Shown one piece after another: positions 11,273 to 22,791 of a stretch of DNA of 64,000 nt. Position numbers and translations under genes: made by a program. The number at the start of each line of letters is the position of its first letter. Position 1 is the stretch's first letter. Source of the DNA: Octopus sinensis (taxonomy: Eukaryota); assembly GCF_006345805.1 (NCBI RefSeq), contig NC_043014.1, positions 5,580,001-5,644,000 on the forward strand, in the 5' to 3' direction. The notes under the pieces are model-generated. The model searched no databases. It saw only the letters and a program-made list of their open reading frames with translations, and was not told the DNA's origin.

Positions 11273-11515
11273 CATAAAAAATAATACCTGAGTGATGTTG
11301 AAAATATAGCATTTAAGGTAGTATATCATGCATCGAATGGCTATATTTCTCTTTGATATCATTCGCTATGATACCCATATTTCCAGTTCTTCTTGGCTCT
11401 CACACTCTCCCACTCTAGCGGAGCTGGCATTGAAGAAAGATATCCATGTACGATATTTGTTGAGTTTTGTTGTATGCAAAGAAAAGGAACACTATATTTT
11501 AAAATTAGATATCAC

Positions 11516-11521
11516 TTTATT
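11516..11521 (-). promoter_or_regulatory. Candidate polyA signal of gene A
   Basis: AATAAA on the minus strand, kept at the mirror position in gene B (50939-50944) although the flanks have diverged. Confidence 0.55.
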
Positions 11522-11788
11522 TCAGTATATAGATATATAACGATAAACAAAGCCTTACATAGTGTTTTTCAAGAATTATTCGCTGAGATTTACATCGTTC
11601 TGCTTGGATATCATTCTCGTTTCGAATACTTTTCTAAAAATTATATTGCTGCTTATTTTAACCATAAGCATAAATTGAATAAAATATCATGAAACAAAAT
11701 TACGTAATTATAAACTTTTCTTTGATATTATCACATGCAATTTTCCCATATACATTTTCAAATTGAAACGGATTCAGTTATGTTCTAT

Positions 11789-12279
11789 TCAGTATTTACT
11801 GCACACAACACAGCTTAATTCTTGGCCATTGACATACGGTGGACATGGCAATGAACCACAAACACCCTGAACGAAATACAATAAAGCTCCATTTTCGTTT
11901 CTGTAACCTGCTGGATCAGCTTCTGGTGCATGGTCAACGCATACATACTCTTCTCGGCCCTTGTGATCGTTGTGGGCTGTCATTAAATAACCGTAATACT
12001 CAATCGTCCAGCCAGGGTAACAGCGTGTTCTGGCTGGTAACATCATAACAACAGCAGGTTGTCGTGTCAAACAGACAGCGCACGGAACGTTGTGATCCTG
12101 AAGAGTTTTAGCGTTAGCTAAAGAAAATATATTAGCAACTGTTATCTCATATTCGCATCCATATATCTGAGCGGCCACTTCAAGCTCTGTAGTATAATTG
12201 GCCCAAATCGGATCATTTGGTAGACATAAGAAATTACTTCCACCACCAGGTTGGTCAAAGAACTGCCCACTAACCACAC
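11789..12279 (-). CDS. Gene A exon 4 (Cys-rich NC1-related domain, ends CVVCSKY*)
   Basis: ttccag acceptor (12281-12280); 491 nt; ORF 11789-12277. Confidence 0.93.
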
Positions 12280-12774
12280 CTGGAAATAGTAAGAATGTAT
12301 ACCAAATTTATTAATGAAAATTTATATATGAAATGACATTGATAAAAATTTATGTTTGTATCTCATAACCTACCCGAATCTTATGTATATGTTAGGGGAA
12401 CAGCAGAAGAAACAGAATATTTGTAACGAAAATATCAAAATTATGGAATATTGTATATAGTAAAGACTATCATACAACCATGATACAAACCTGAATTCAT
12501 ATGGAAACAACGGGTTTACGATTAACAATTTGGGATCCTAGGATGTCCTACATGCAAGAATCAGGAGAATTGAATGCAACATGTTGATGAATCTCTCTAT
12601 TATCATGTTATTTTCTATAGTTTTTCCACGTATTATTTGATAGGACACATCTCCACTGCAAATAGTATAAGTAGTATACCATCGATAAAAGTTTCGTTAG
12701 TTTACGGGGGTTAATTTAATTGGTCAAGAGATAAAAAAAAAATGGTCGGTATACACTATGAACAAATACAACAT

Positions 12775-13188
12775 AGGCGCAGGAGTGGCTGTGGGGTAAG
12801 TAGCTTGCTTACCAACCACATGGTTCCGGGTTCAGTCCCACTGCGTGGCACCTTGGGCAAGTGTTGTATACTATAGCCTCGGGCCGACTAAAGCCTTGTG
12901 AGTGGATTTGGTAGACGGAAACTGAAAGAAGCCCGTCGCATACATATATATATATATATATATATGCGTGTATGTTTGTGTGTCTGTGTTTGTCTCCCTA
13001 GCATTGCTTGACAACCGATGCTGATGTGTTTATGTCCCTGTCACTTAGCGGTTCGGCGAAAGAGACCGATAGAATAAGTACTGGGCTTGCAAAAAGAATA
13101 AGTCCCGGAGTCGAGTTGCTCGACTAAAGGCGGTGCTCCAGCATGGCCGCAGTCATATGACTGAAACAAGTAAAAGAGTAAAAGAGTA
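12775..13188 (+). mobile_element. SINE type A
   Basis: Full length. Confidence 0.92.
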
Positions 13189-13315
13189 TTGCTATACATA
13201 TGACACCGTACACAACGGGACTAGTTGTGACATTATAATGCAGGATTATAGTGAGTCATATTTAGGTTGAATTTTTATGATCCTTCTTCAGATATATTTA
13301 GAGTGATATTTGAAT

Positions 13316-13720
13316 TACTCTTTACACTTTTTACTCTTTTTACTTGTATCAGTCATTTGACTGCGGCCATGCTGGAGCACCGCCTTTAGTCGAGCAACTC
13401 GACCCCGGGGCTTATTCTTTTTGCAAGCCCAGTACTTATTCTATCGGTCTCTTTTTGCCGAACCGCTAAGTAACGGAGACGTAAACACACCAGCATCGGT
13501 TGTCAAGCAATGCTAGGGGGACAAAAATACACGCACATACATATATATACATATACACGACAGGCTTCTTTCAGTTTCCGTCTACCAAATCCACTCACAA
13601 AGCATTGGTCGGCCCGGGGCTATAGCAGAAGACACTAGCCCAAGATGCCACGCAGTGGGACTGAACCCGGAACCATGAGGTTGGTTAGCAAGCTACTTAC
13701 CACACAGCCACTCCTGCGCC
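13316..13720 (-). mobile_element. SINE type A
   Basis: Full length; inverted relative to 12775-13188. Confidence 0.92.
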
Positions 13721-14182
13721 TATATAAACACTTAGAAACATTTTTTTGTATATGTAGAAGAAAGGAAACTGTAACAGAGAGACAGGTTACGTAGGTCGCT
13801 TTGTATGTGGGAGAAAAAGGCTGCAAACTTGAAAATGGTTCAAACGTAAAAAACGCAGAATTTTCCTTTCGTAAGCTGCAGCAGTTTGAGAAATCGACAA
13901 TTTTTACCATTCTTTATCTGTATTGTCTATCCAGTGGCGTATGCTAGGGTAAACTGTACAACCGAAACTGCAAACGCCTAAGTCTGGATAGTTTGAAGAA
14001 AAGAAAATTTCCCTGTTTTTTTCTTCGCTGATTACGTCTCATTTTTGGAGAGACCTACACAGACCCTTTTCTTTTACCATTGTTATTCCCTTAAATTATG
14101 CCTCGTTTCTGTCGTTTTCCCACCTATTCTTTATTCCTATTGCTTAACTCTTGGCATATGCAAGGGTAAACTGTGCATTGGA

Positions 14183-14558
14183 TACTCTTTTACTTGTTTC
14201 AGTCATATGACTGCGGCCATGCTGGAGCACCGCCTTTAGTCGAGCAAATCGACCCCGGGACTTATTCTTTTGTAAGCCCAGTACTTATTCTATCGGTCTC
14301 TTTCGCCGAACTGCTAAGTGACGGGGACATAAACACACCAGCATCGGTTGTAAAGCAATGCAAGGGGGACAAACACAGACACACAAACACACACACACAC
14401 ATATATACATATACATATATACGACGGGCTTCTTCCAGTTTCCGTATACCAAATCCACTCACAAGGCTTTGGTCAGCCCGAGGCTATAGTAGACAACACT
14501 TGCCCAAGGTGCCACGCAGTGGGACTGAACCCGGAACCATGTGGTTGGTAAACAAGCT
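14183..14558 (-). mobile_element. SINE type A
   Basis: Near full length; the head abuts (TATG)n. Confidence 0.9.
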
Positions 14559-14599
14559 GTATGTATGTATATATGTATGTATGTATATATGTATGTATG

Positions 14600-14633
<34 letters not shown>

Positions 14634-14736
14634 TGTATGTATATATTATGTATGTATGTATGTATGTATATATTATGTATGTATGTATGTATGTATATAT
14701 TATGTATGTATGTATGTATGTATATATGTATGTATG

Positions 14737-14770
<34 letters not shown>

Positions 14771-14840
14771 TGTATGGTGCATCAGCATGGCCGCAGCTCT
14801 GAGCTGAAACTGGAGAGAGAAAAAATACATCCAGACTTAA

Positions 14841-14906
<66 letters not shown>

Positions 14907-15689
14907 GTGTTTGTGTCTCTGTGTGTGTGCGCGCGCGCGTGTGTGTGTGTATGTATATATACGCACATTCGAATATATACACGAAGCGATACATTCCCTT
15001 TCTACACCACTCTTTACTTTCTGTTATCTCGTTTTGGTACGCCTCCTTCTATTGTTCAATGTAACTCGGTTAGCGACCACACACTTTCCTTTTCCCTCTT
15101 CTTTATCCCTTTCCCTTCGAGTTGAATTAACGTTTATATTTGTTCACTTACAATGTCGGAGACTTACATTTTGAGGTTTTTTATACTCGTCTGCTCCTTT
15201 ATTGTATCAACCATGATAAGAAAGAAGATAATACTGAGTTGAAAAACAGGACGTAAATACCTGAGAACTAAACACTTAATTTTTTCTGATGCGCACACGA
15301 TTCATGCAATTCGTTGAGTTATTTATATCAGCAAGGAATTTGAGGGAAAGATGCAGTTGATTATATCCTCTGCTATACATGATCGGTACTTTATTTTATC
15401 CTCGAGTAATATGAAAGGCAAATTTAACTTGAGTGGGACTTCAATTGAATATATAATAGGTTAACAGTTACGCAAGGCATATGCGAAAGCTATAAATATT
15501 TTAGGTTGTCAGAAGAGTTTAAACTGAGAGAAGAGGACAGATTGGGTCGCAAAAATCTTGTAAAAATGTCTAAGAAACAAAGCCATTCCCCCAAGAAAAA
15601 CTGAAATATTATCATATTAAATTAGAAAGAAAGTCCGATTACGCTTTTGATACGATCATTTAAGGATCCTTTTTCAATATTTGCATTCT

Positions 15690-15928
15690 CTTACTCTTTA
15701 CTCTTTTACTCTTTTACTTGTTTCAGTCATTTGATTGCGGCTATGCTGGAGCACCGCCTTTAGTCGAGCAAATTGACCCCGGGACTTATTCATTGTAAGC
15801 CCAGTACTTATTCTATCAGTCTCTTTTGCAGAAACCGCTTACTTACGGGGACGGAATCACAACAAGCATCGGTTGTTAAGAGATATTGGGGGGACAAGCA
15901 TAGACACACAAACTCACACACACACACG

Positions 15929-15964
<36 letters not shown>

Positions 15965-16103
15965 CGATGGGCTTCTTCCAGTTTCCGTCTACCAAATCCA
16001 GTCACAAGGCTTTGGTCGGCCCGAGGCTGTAATAGAAGACACTTGCCCAAGGTGCCACGCAGTGGGACTGGACCCTGAACCATGATTTTGGTAAGGAAGC
16101 TAC
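15690..16103 (-). mobile_element. SINE type A
   Basis: Near full length. Confidence 0.88.
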
Positions 16104-16167
16104 TCTATTTCAAAAATATTGACATTAAGGCAAGATACAGAGTTGCTTGCGGGCTGGACAGAAACAT

Positions 16168-16579
16168 TACTCTTTACTCTTTTATTTGTTTCAGTCATTT
16201 GACTGCGGCCATGCTGGAGCACCGCCTTTAGGCGAGCAAATCTACCCCGGGACTTATTCTTTGTAAGCCCAGTACTTATTCTATCGGTCTCTTTTGCCGA
16301 ACCGCTAAGTGACGGGGACGTAAACACACAAGCATCGGTTGTCAAGCAATGCTAGGGGGACAAACAGAAACACACAAACATATACACACACACTTATATA
16401 TATATATACATATATACGACAGGCTTCTTTCAGTTTCCGTCTACCAAATCCACTCACAAGGCATTGGTCGGCCCGGGGCTATAGCAGAAGACACTTGCTC
16501 AAGATGCCACGCAGTGGGACTGAACCCGGAACCATGTGGTTGGTTAGCAAGCTACTTACCACACTGCCACTCCTGCGCC
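16168..16579 (-). mobile_element. SINE type A
   Basis: Full length. Confidence 0.92.
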
Positions 16580-16619
16580 TCATTGATGAGATGATTGATG
16601 AAATGGGTCCTTTTCTTTG

Positions 16620-17650
16620 GTCTTTGACAGCGGCATTGATGACCCAGACAGAATTTTGTTTTTTTACTCAGAAAAGGGCTCGGACGATCTAGAAAGATCT
16701 GAAAATTTGAGGTGTCGCCTAGTATGCGGTGTCAGCTTTTCACGTTACATATCATCATTGGAGGGTTATGTGTGCTCAGGATATTTGCTTTACTTCCCGA
16801 CAAAAAAGAAGCCTCATATCATCGTGTTCTGTCTGCTGTGCGGGAACAAAGGGAAAATTGTCAACCAGCGACCTGTCTCATGGACTTTGAAAAAGCTCTC
16901 CATAATTCATTTATTTCTGTATTTCCGCATTTAGAAATAGTTGGGTGTGTTTTTCATCTCGGGCAGTCTATTTGGAGCAGATGAAAGTTTTCAGCTTAAG
17001 ATTAAATGTTTTTGCGCTTTAGCGTTTTAAACAATTGAAGATATTGTCAATGGATTTGAAGACTTGTCTAATGATGAAAGCACCTCTTCTGAGTTTATCA
17101 CTTATTTTGAGAACTCATACATTAGAACAGTTTCCTATCCTACCCTGGAATATACACGACCGCGTTTTAAATGACTTGCCAAGAGTAAATAATTCGGTAG
17201 AAGGGTCCCACAAAATCTATAGAAAGTTTGCAATGCCCTTAAGACTGAAGAAGGCTTAAGCCAAACGAAAATTGTGCACATTCGACGTGGGGACTTGATA
17301 ACAACAAAAAAGTCCTATTAAATGATTGATACACGTCTAAAGAAGCTAGCTGAGAATTATCAATATGAAAACGCTCTGCATTTTTTAAGAAATATCAAAG
17401 GCAATTCGTCATTAAAGAATTTTCTTCAAATATGTTAAATTTTTCCATAACTTTATTTTTATGTACTGGCTGTTATTTTTACCTTAACATGGGAATAAAA
17501 TGTGAGCTAAAATGTATTCATATTACCTTTAGTGAAATTTACAGATAGTGGAATTTACCTTAGTGGAATCTACCGTAATAGAATTTACTTTAGTGGAATT
17601 TCCGTAGTGAATTTTACCTATAGTGAAATTTATCGTAGTAGAATTTACCT
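16620..17650 (+). mobile_element. Degraded MULE/Mutator transposon, 3' part
   Basis: FALLPDKKEASY...LMDFEKAL...GCVFHLGQSIW and RVNNSVEGSH are MULE transposase motifs; tandem gtggaatttacc-like subterminal repeats at about 17530-17650. Confidence 0.75.
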
Positions 17651-17692
17651 AGAAACAGATGCAGACAGGAATGAACAAAATAGTATACTAAC

Positions 17693-17767
17693 CATCATAT
17701 ACAAGATCTGAATAGGGGGGACAGGTAGTTCTACCCCACCGGGTATACAGTGATCCGAGACCGGGTT
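17693..17767 (-). CDS. Gene A exon 3 (K-PGLGSLYTRWGRTTCPPYSDLVYDG)
   Basis: ttttacag acceptor and gttagt donor; 75 nt; homologous to 1018-1092 and 48510-48584. Confidence 0.9.
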
Positions 17768-18090
17768 CTGTAAAATTAAAATAAAATGATATAGTTTAAT
17801 AGAAACGATGGGCGATTCATCTTCAAGGGTAGTTGTTGTCTAAAAGTTATGTAATTGTGGAAAGAATACGTAGAAGAGAGGGGGGAAGGAAGAAAGGAAG
17901 AAGGGGATGCAGAATTTTTTAGTGAAGACATAGATAGAGGGGTTAAGAGAAAGAAAGAGTGAATAAATGAAAGACAGAAATAAATAAACAAATGGTTGGA
18001 TAAATCTACGAGATTCGATAAGAATAAGCTGCAAAGAAAGAAAATGTTTCATATTGAGTGTAATTTGCTGTTCTTGGTGAAATAGTTGAG

Positions 18091-18561
18091 AGGCGCAGGA
18101 GTGGCTGTGTGGTAAGTAGCTTGCTAACCAACTACATGGTTCCGGGTTCAGTCCCACTGCGTGGCACCTTGGGCAAGTGTCTTCTACTGTAACCTCGGGC
18201 CGACCAAAGCCTTGTGAGTGGATTTGGTAGACGGAAACTGAAAGAAGCCCGTCGTATATATGTATATATGTATGCGTGTGTGTGTTTGTGTGTCTGTGTT
18301 TGCCCCCCTAGCATTGCTTGACAACCGATGCTGGTGTGTTTATGTCCCCGTTATTTTGCAGTTCGGCAAAAGAGACCGATAGAATAAGTACTGGGCTTAC
18401 AAAAGAATAAGTCCCGGGGTCGATTTGCTCGACTAAAGGCGGTGCTCCAGCATGGCCGCAGTCAAATGACTGAAACAAGTAAAAGAGTAAAGAGAGAGTA
18501 AGAGTATATGTATGTGTGTTTGTGTGTCTGTGTTTGTCCCCCTAGCATTGCTTGACAACCG
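18091..18561 (+). mobile_element. SINE type A plus a partial repeat
   Basis: Full length to about 18502, then a repeated internal segment. Confidence 0.9.
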
Positions 18562-18574
18562 ATATATATATATA

Positions 18575-18724
18575 TGATTGATTGATTGATTGATTCTAGT
18601 TTCAGCTTATGAGCTGTGGCCATGCTGGGGCACCGCCATTTGGTGTTGCTACTTGGTTTCACTTCACGAAAGCTTTCTAGAAACTGCCATTTGGTGCATG
18701 AGAGAGTTCGATGCAGCTGCCCTC
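18575..18724 (-). mobile_element. Short 3'-end copy of the same CR1-group LINE
   Basis: Matches 27219-27352, including the (AATC)n tail. Confidence 0.8.
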
Positions 18725-18918
18725 AGTATAAATTAATAATTTAAATAATTTTTTAAATTTTAACTTTAAATTTAAATAATTTAAATTTTGAATTTTATAT
18801 TTTATATATTTTGTATATTATATTAATTAATTTCATTTCTATGTATTGGTATATGTTTTTCACTGTTTGATTTGCCTAATAGTGGTTTCATCTCTAATTT
18901 AATATATATATGTATATA

Positions 18919-19033
<115 letters not shown>

Positions 19034-19066
19034 GTATATGTGTATGTATATATATATATATATGTA

Positions 19067-19137
<71 letters not shown>

Positions 19138-19711
19138 CGCGTCTGTGTTCGCAGGCGCACGTTAGTGCCTGTGTGTTAATATATCTACACACACACATAC
19201 AGATATAAATACACGCCACACGTGCATGCACAAATATATATTAATATTTTGTTCATTTTTTACATATAATGTTATCTATTTTCCTTCACAAATTCATTTC
19301 AGGATGCACTCCACATTTCTTTATACTTATTTTCTATCTTACCTTCATAACTGAATTGAAAATACCTGTCTGATGTTTTTCTCATAATCATATTCAAAGG
19401 TACTAATAAATATCGACGTAGCCTTGCTCAGGTACACGTATAAACATTTATTTGTACAGCATAATAGCATTAGTTTATATTATGGAAATTATTGCAAAGT
19501 AGAAAATGTTTTAGTAAGCAGCTAAACCTTCTGTATTTCATTGAGCAGATAGGGATAATAATGAAAAACCAATCCGATGTTGAAGGAACTAGAAGTCAGT
19601 CGCTGAGGAGACTAGTTTGGCTGAACACTGTAGAACTGAAAGCTAAATATTTTATGATACCTAATGAGGTTCCCGAACATTTCTTCAAATTACTTTGTCT
19701 TAAGAGTTTTA

Positions 19712-20100
19712 TCTTTATATATAAAAGTGAAGTTGTGTGTCTGTCTCCTACGATTTAGATTCCAAACTACTCCCACATTTTGCGGTGCAGTTTAACCAAA
19801 ACCGGGTATCTTAAAGTCGTGATTCATATCGAGCCCTTCTGGGTATTAGCGCGCGTCTACGATGAGTCTACGATTTAAAAAAAAAAATTACCATAATTTT
19901 TTTCCATTTTAATGCATTTTTTCGCTATTTTATAAGAGAAGTAACTCTCTAAAAATGTCTACGATGAGTCAACGATTTAAAAAAAAATTTACCATAATTT
20001 CTTTTTGCATTTTTAATGCATTTTTTTGCTATAACTCTCTAAAGATGCTTATATAGTTATTTCCCTTACAAACCCAAGCAACGCCGGGCGATACTGCTAG
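19712..20100 (+). mobile_element. Non-autonomous Helitron H1 (shared by both inverted arms)
   Basis: Same termini; mirror copy at 46364-46754. Confidence 0.85.
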
Positions 20101-20123
20101 TATATTATAAAATTCATTCTTAC

Positions 20124-20175
20124 TTGATGTGTCATCAGGTTTATCATCGAGAGATTTCTTGGAGACGAAACGGTT
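20124..20175 (-). CDS. Gene A exon 2 (NRFVSKKSLDDKPDDTS)
   Basis: tttcacag acceptor and gtaaga donor; 52 nt; identical to 46289-46340. Confidence 0.88.
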
Positions 20176-20808
20176 CTGTGAAAAAAATAGAAATAATATG
20201 TTACAAATGGACTTCAGAATATTTATCATAGTTCAGAATCTAAAACGAGACCAAATCAGGTTTACTAAACCTTTGATGTCGAATGATTAACAACGTCATT
20301 ATATTTTGATGTGTTTAATATACAAGCAATTCAACGTATATTTTACAAGTAACTATGCTGTTTGTGAAAAGAAAACAACAATTTTATCAAGTATTTATCA
20401 CAACCATGCTTTGACTCTGGAGTTAAGTAAACGTAGAGACTATACAACAGAGGAGATAATTCAGCTAATTTCGTTAAGAAAGATATCTCAACGCTAGTGT
20501 GGTATTCCTTCATTCTCTTAATCTTTTTCTTGTTTTCGTCATGGGGCTGTTGCCATACTGGGGCACCGCCTTGAAGAATTTTGGCCTAACGAATCGACCC
20601 CAGAATATTATTTTAAGTCTGGTACTTAGAGTATCCGTTCCTTTGCGCGAATCGACAAGTTTTAGTAACGCTTTTTTCATTGATGACTAAACCAATTAAA
20701 TAAAGGAAAACTCAATTATGTATTATATACATAATATATAATATGTAATTATATGCATGCATGCATGTATGTATGTATTATGCATGTATGTATTTATGTA
20801 TATGTATA

Positions 20809-20846
<38 letters not shown>

Positions 20847-21061
20847 CATACATATATATATATATATATATTTGAGTAGTTGAATGAATTATCTTATTAA
20901 GGATAATTCGAAATTAACCGATACCTGGGGAGCAAATTCACATCAGAAAAAACATGGTTGAAGTTACGTGCCTAGGGCATGGATTACGTGCTTTCGTGTG
21001 GAAATTTGTATGTTTATTTTAAAAATATGAAAGAATGAAGCTGAACGACGAATTAACATAA

Positions 21062-21159
21062 TTCCTTTATTTTCGACATATGTTTCGAAGGCTGCATATT
21101 CCTAATTGTGAAGGAATAAGGAGTACATTATGCCGCTTTCTCTTCAGGAAAACAAGGAA
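21062..21159 (-). ncRNA. Minimal type I hammerhead ribozyme (mirror copy, sense to the gene A pre-mRNA)
   Basis: Reverse complement of 21242-21339; CUGAAGA at 21147-21141. Confidence 0.75.
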
Positions 21160-21241
21160 CTTATGTCAGCATCAAATGCACTAAAAACTTTTAGATGATT
21201 GCTCATCTAAAAGTTTTTTGTGCATTTGATGCTGACATAAG

Positions 21242-21339
21242 TTCCTTGTTTTCCTGAAGAGAAAGCGGCATAATGTACTCCTTATTCCTTCACAATTAGG
21301 AATATGCAGCCTTCGAAACATATGTCGAAAATAAAGGAA
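21242..21339 (+). ncRNA. Minimal type I hammerhead ribozyme
   Basis: CUGAAGA 21254-21260; stem II gaaagcggcat/atgcagccttc; GAAA 21315-21318; palindromic stem III ACAUAUGU; GUC 21324-21326; stem I ttccttgttttc/gaaaataaaggaa. Confidence 0.78.
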
Positions 21340-21375
21340 TTATGTTAATTCGTCGTTCAGCTCCATTCTTTCATA

Positions 21376-21456
<81 letters not shown>

Positions 21457-21766
21457 CACATATACATATATATATATAATCGGGATGAACAGAAGCAAAC
21501 ACTTTTTAAATTATGTATATATATATGTATATATATATATATATATTAATTAATATACAGATTAATTGGTATGTGTAGGTTAGTGTTTTAAAGTGTTGAG
21601 TAGAGCACAGGTTGGACTACCTGGTGTCAGGTAGTCGAGGTATATTTCTGTTGGATCTACTTCCGTAATTCCGCAGTGTTAGTTGAGATAATAATAATTT
21701 CTTAAATAACGAGAAAATGGATTTGGTATTAATCTTTATTTTGTACGACGGCCATCCCGAGACATC

Positions 21767-21823
<57 letters not shown>

Positions 21824-21824
<1 letters not shown>

Positions 21825-21961
21825 TTATTATATAGAAGGAGCTTCTACAGGACTAGAACTGTTTCATTCAGAGAAATCTTCAGGAAGCTAGTTAACAAGA
21901 ATGAAGATTTCTCTTGAATGAAACAGTTCTAGTCCTGTAGAAGCTCCTTCTATATAATAAA
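21824..21961. repeat. Short foldback (~59-bp arms, 19-nt spacer)
   Basis: tttattatatagaaggagcttctacaggactagaactgtttcattca and its reverse complement, with a 1-nt bulge. Confidence 0.85.
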
Positions 21962-22167
21962 TTAATTTTACTCTGCTATGTATTGAGTACCTTATTTACT
22001 GTGGTTAACCCCGAATCAACCCGGGACCTACATATATATATATATGTATATATATATACATATATTATACACCTACACACACACACACGCACACGTCCAC
22101 ACACATCTATGAAGTAAATTCCGAATGTTCTGAGACTTCTTTGGAAGGGGCAATAATAACTAGAATC

Positions 22168-22548
22168 GTGGAGGCGCAATGGCCCAGTGGTTAGGGCAGC
22201 GGACTCGCGGTCATAGGATCGCGGTTTCGATTCCCAGACCGGGCGTTGTGAGTGTTTATTGGGCGAAAACACCTAAAAGCTCCACGAGGCTCCGGCAGTG
22301 GATGATGGTGATCCCTGCTGTACTCTTTCACCACAACTTTCTCTCACTCTTTCTGTTTCTGTTGTACCTGTATTTCAAAGGACCGGCCTTGTCACTCTCT
22401 GTGTCACGCTGAATATCCCCGAGAACTACGTTAAGGGTACACGTGTCTGTGGAGTTCTCAGCCACTTACACGTTAATTTCACGAGCAGGCTGTTCCGTTG
22501 ATTCAGATCAACCGGAACCCTCGTCGTCGTAACCGACGGAGTGCTTCC
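22168..22548 (+). mobile_element. SINE type C (tRNA-like head ggaggcgcaatggcccagtggttagggcag)
   Basis: A-box and B-box (ggtttcgattccc); shared body and tail ggaaccctcgtcgtcgtaaccgacggagtgctt. Confidence 0.9.
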
Positions 22549-22791
22549 AATAACTAGAATATTGTAATTTTAACACATCATTGCTTTACATCTAATAGGG
22601 TGACCTGCTATATTTTGTTACCCCTGAATTGCGAGAAACGTCTAGAACGTCACTTTGAAGATAGCCTACTAAAGAATTTTTCTCGCAATTTAATAGTTTG
22701 CAGAAAGCAGTCAAGCTGCGGTGATGGCAATTTGGAAGCACGTCGTGTCATAAGATATTCTGCTAAACTGAACATAAACCATACAGACATA

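Larger units (their letters stand above)
21023..21378. repeat. Near-perfect palindrome (176-bp arms, 4-nt loop), Penelope-like/foldback element
   Basis: Arms 21023-21198 and 21203-21378 are reverse complements; I saw 2 mismatches. Flanked on the right by (TA)n. Confidence 0.92.

Noticed and set aside
22168-22240. tRNA-like sequences (also the heads at 12775, 44971 and 49903)
   Set aside because: They are SINE heads continuing into SINE bodies; no complete cloverleaf, so not tRNA genes.
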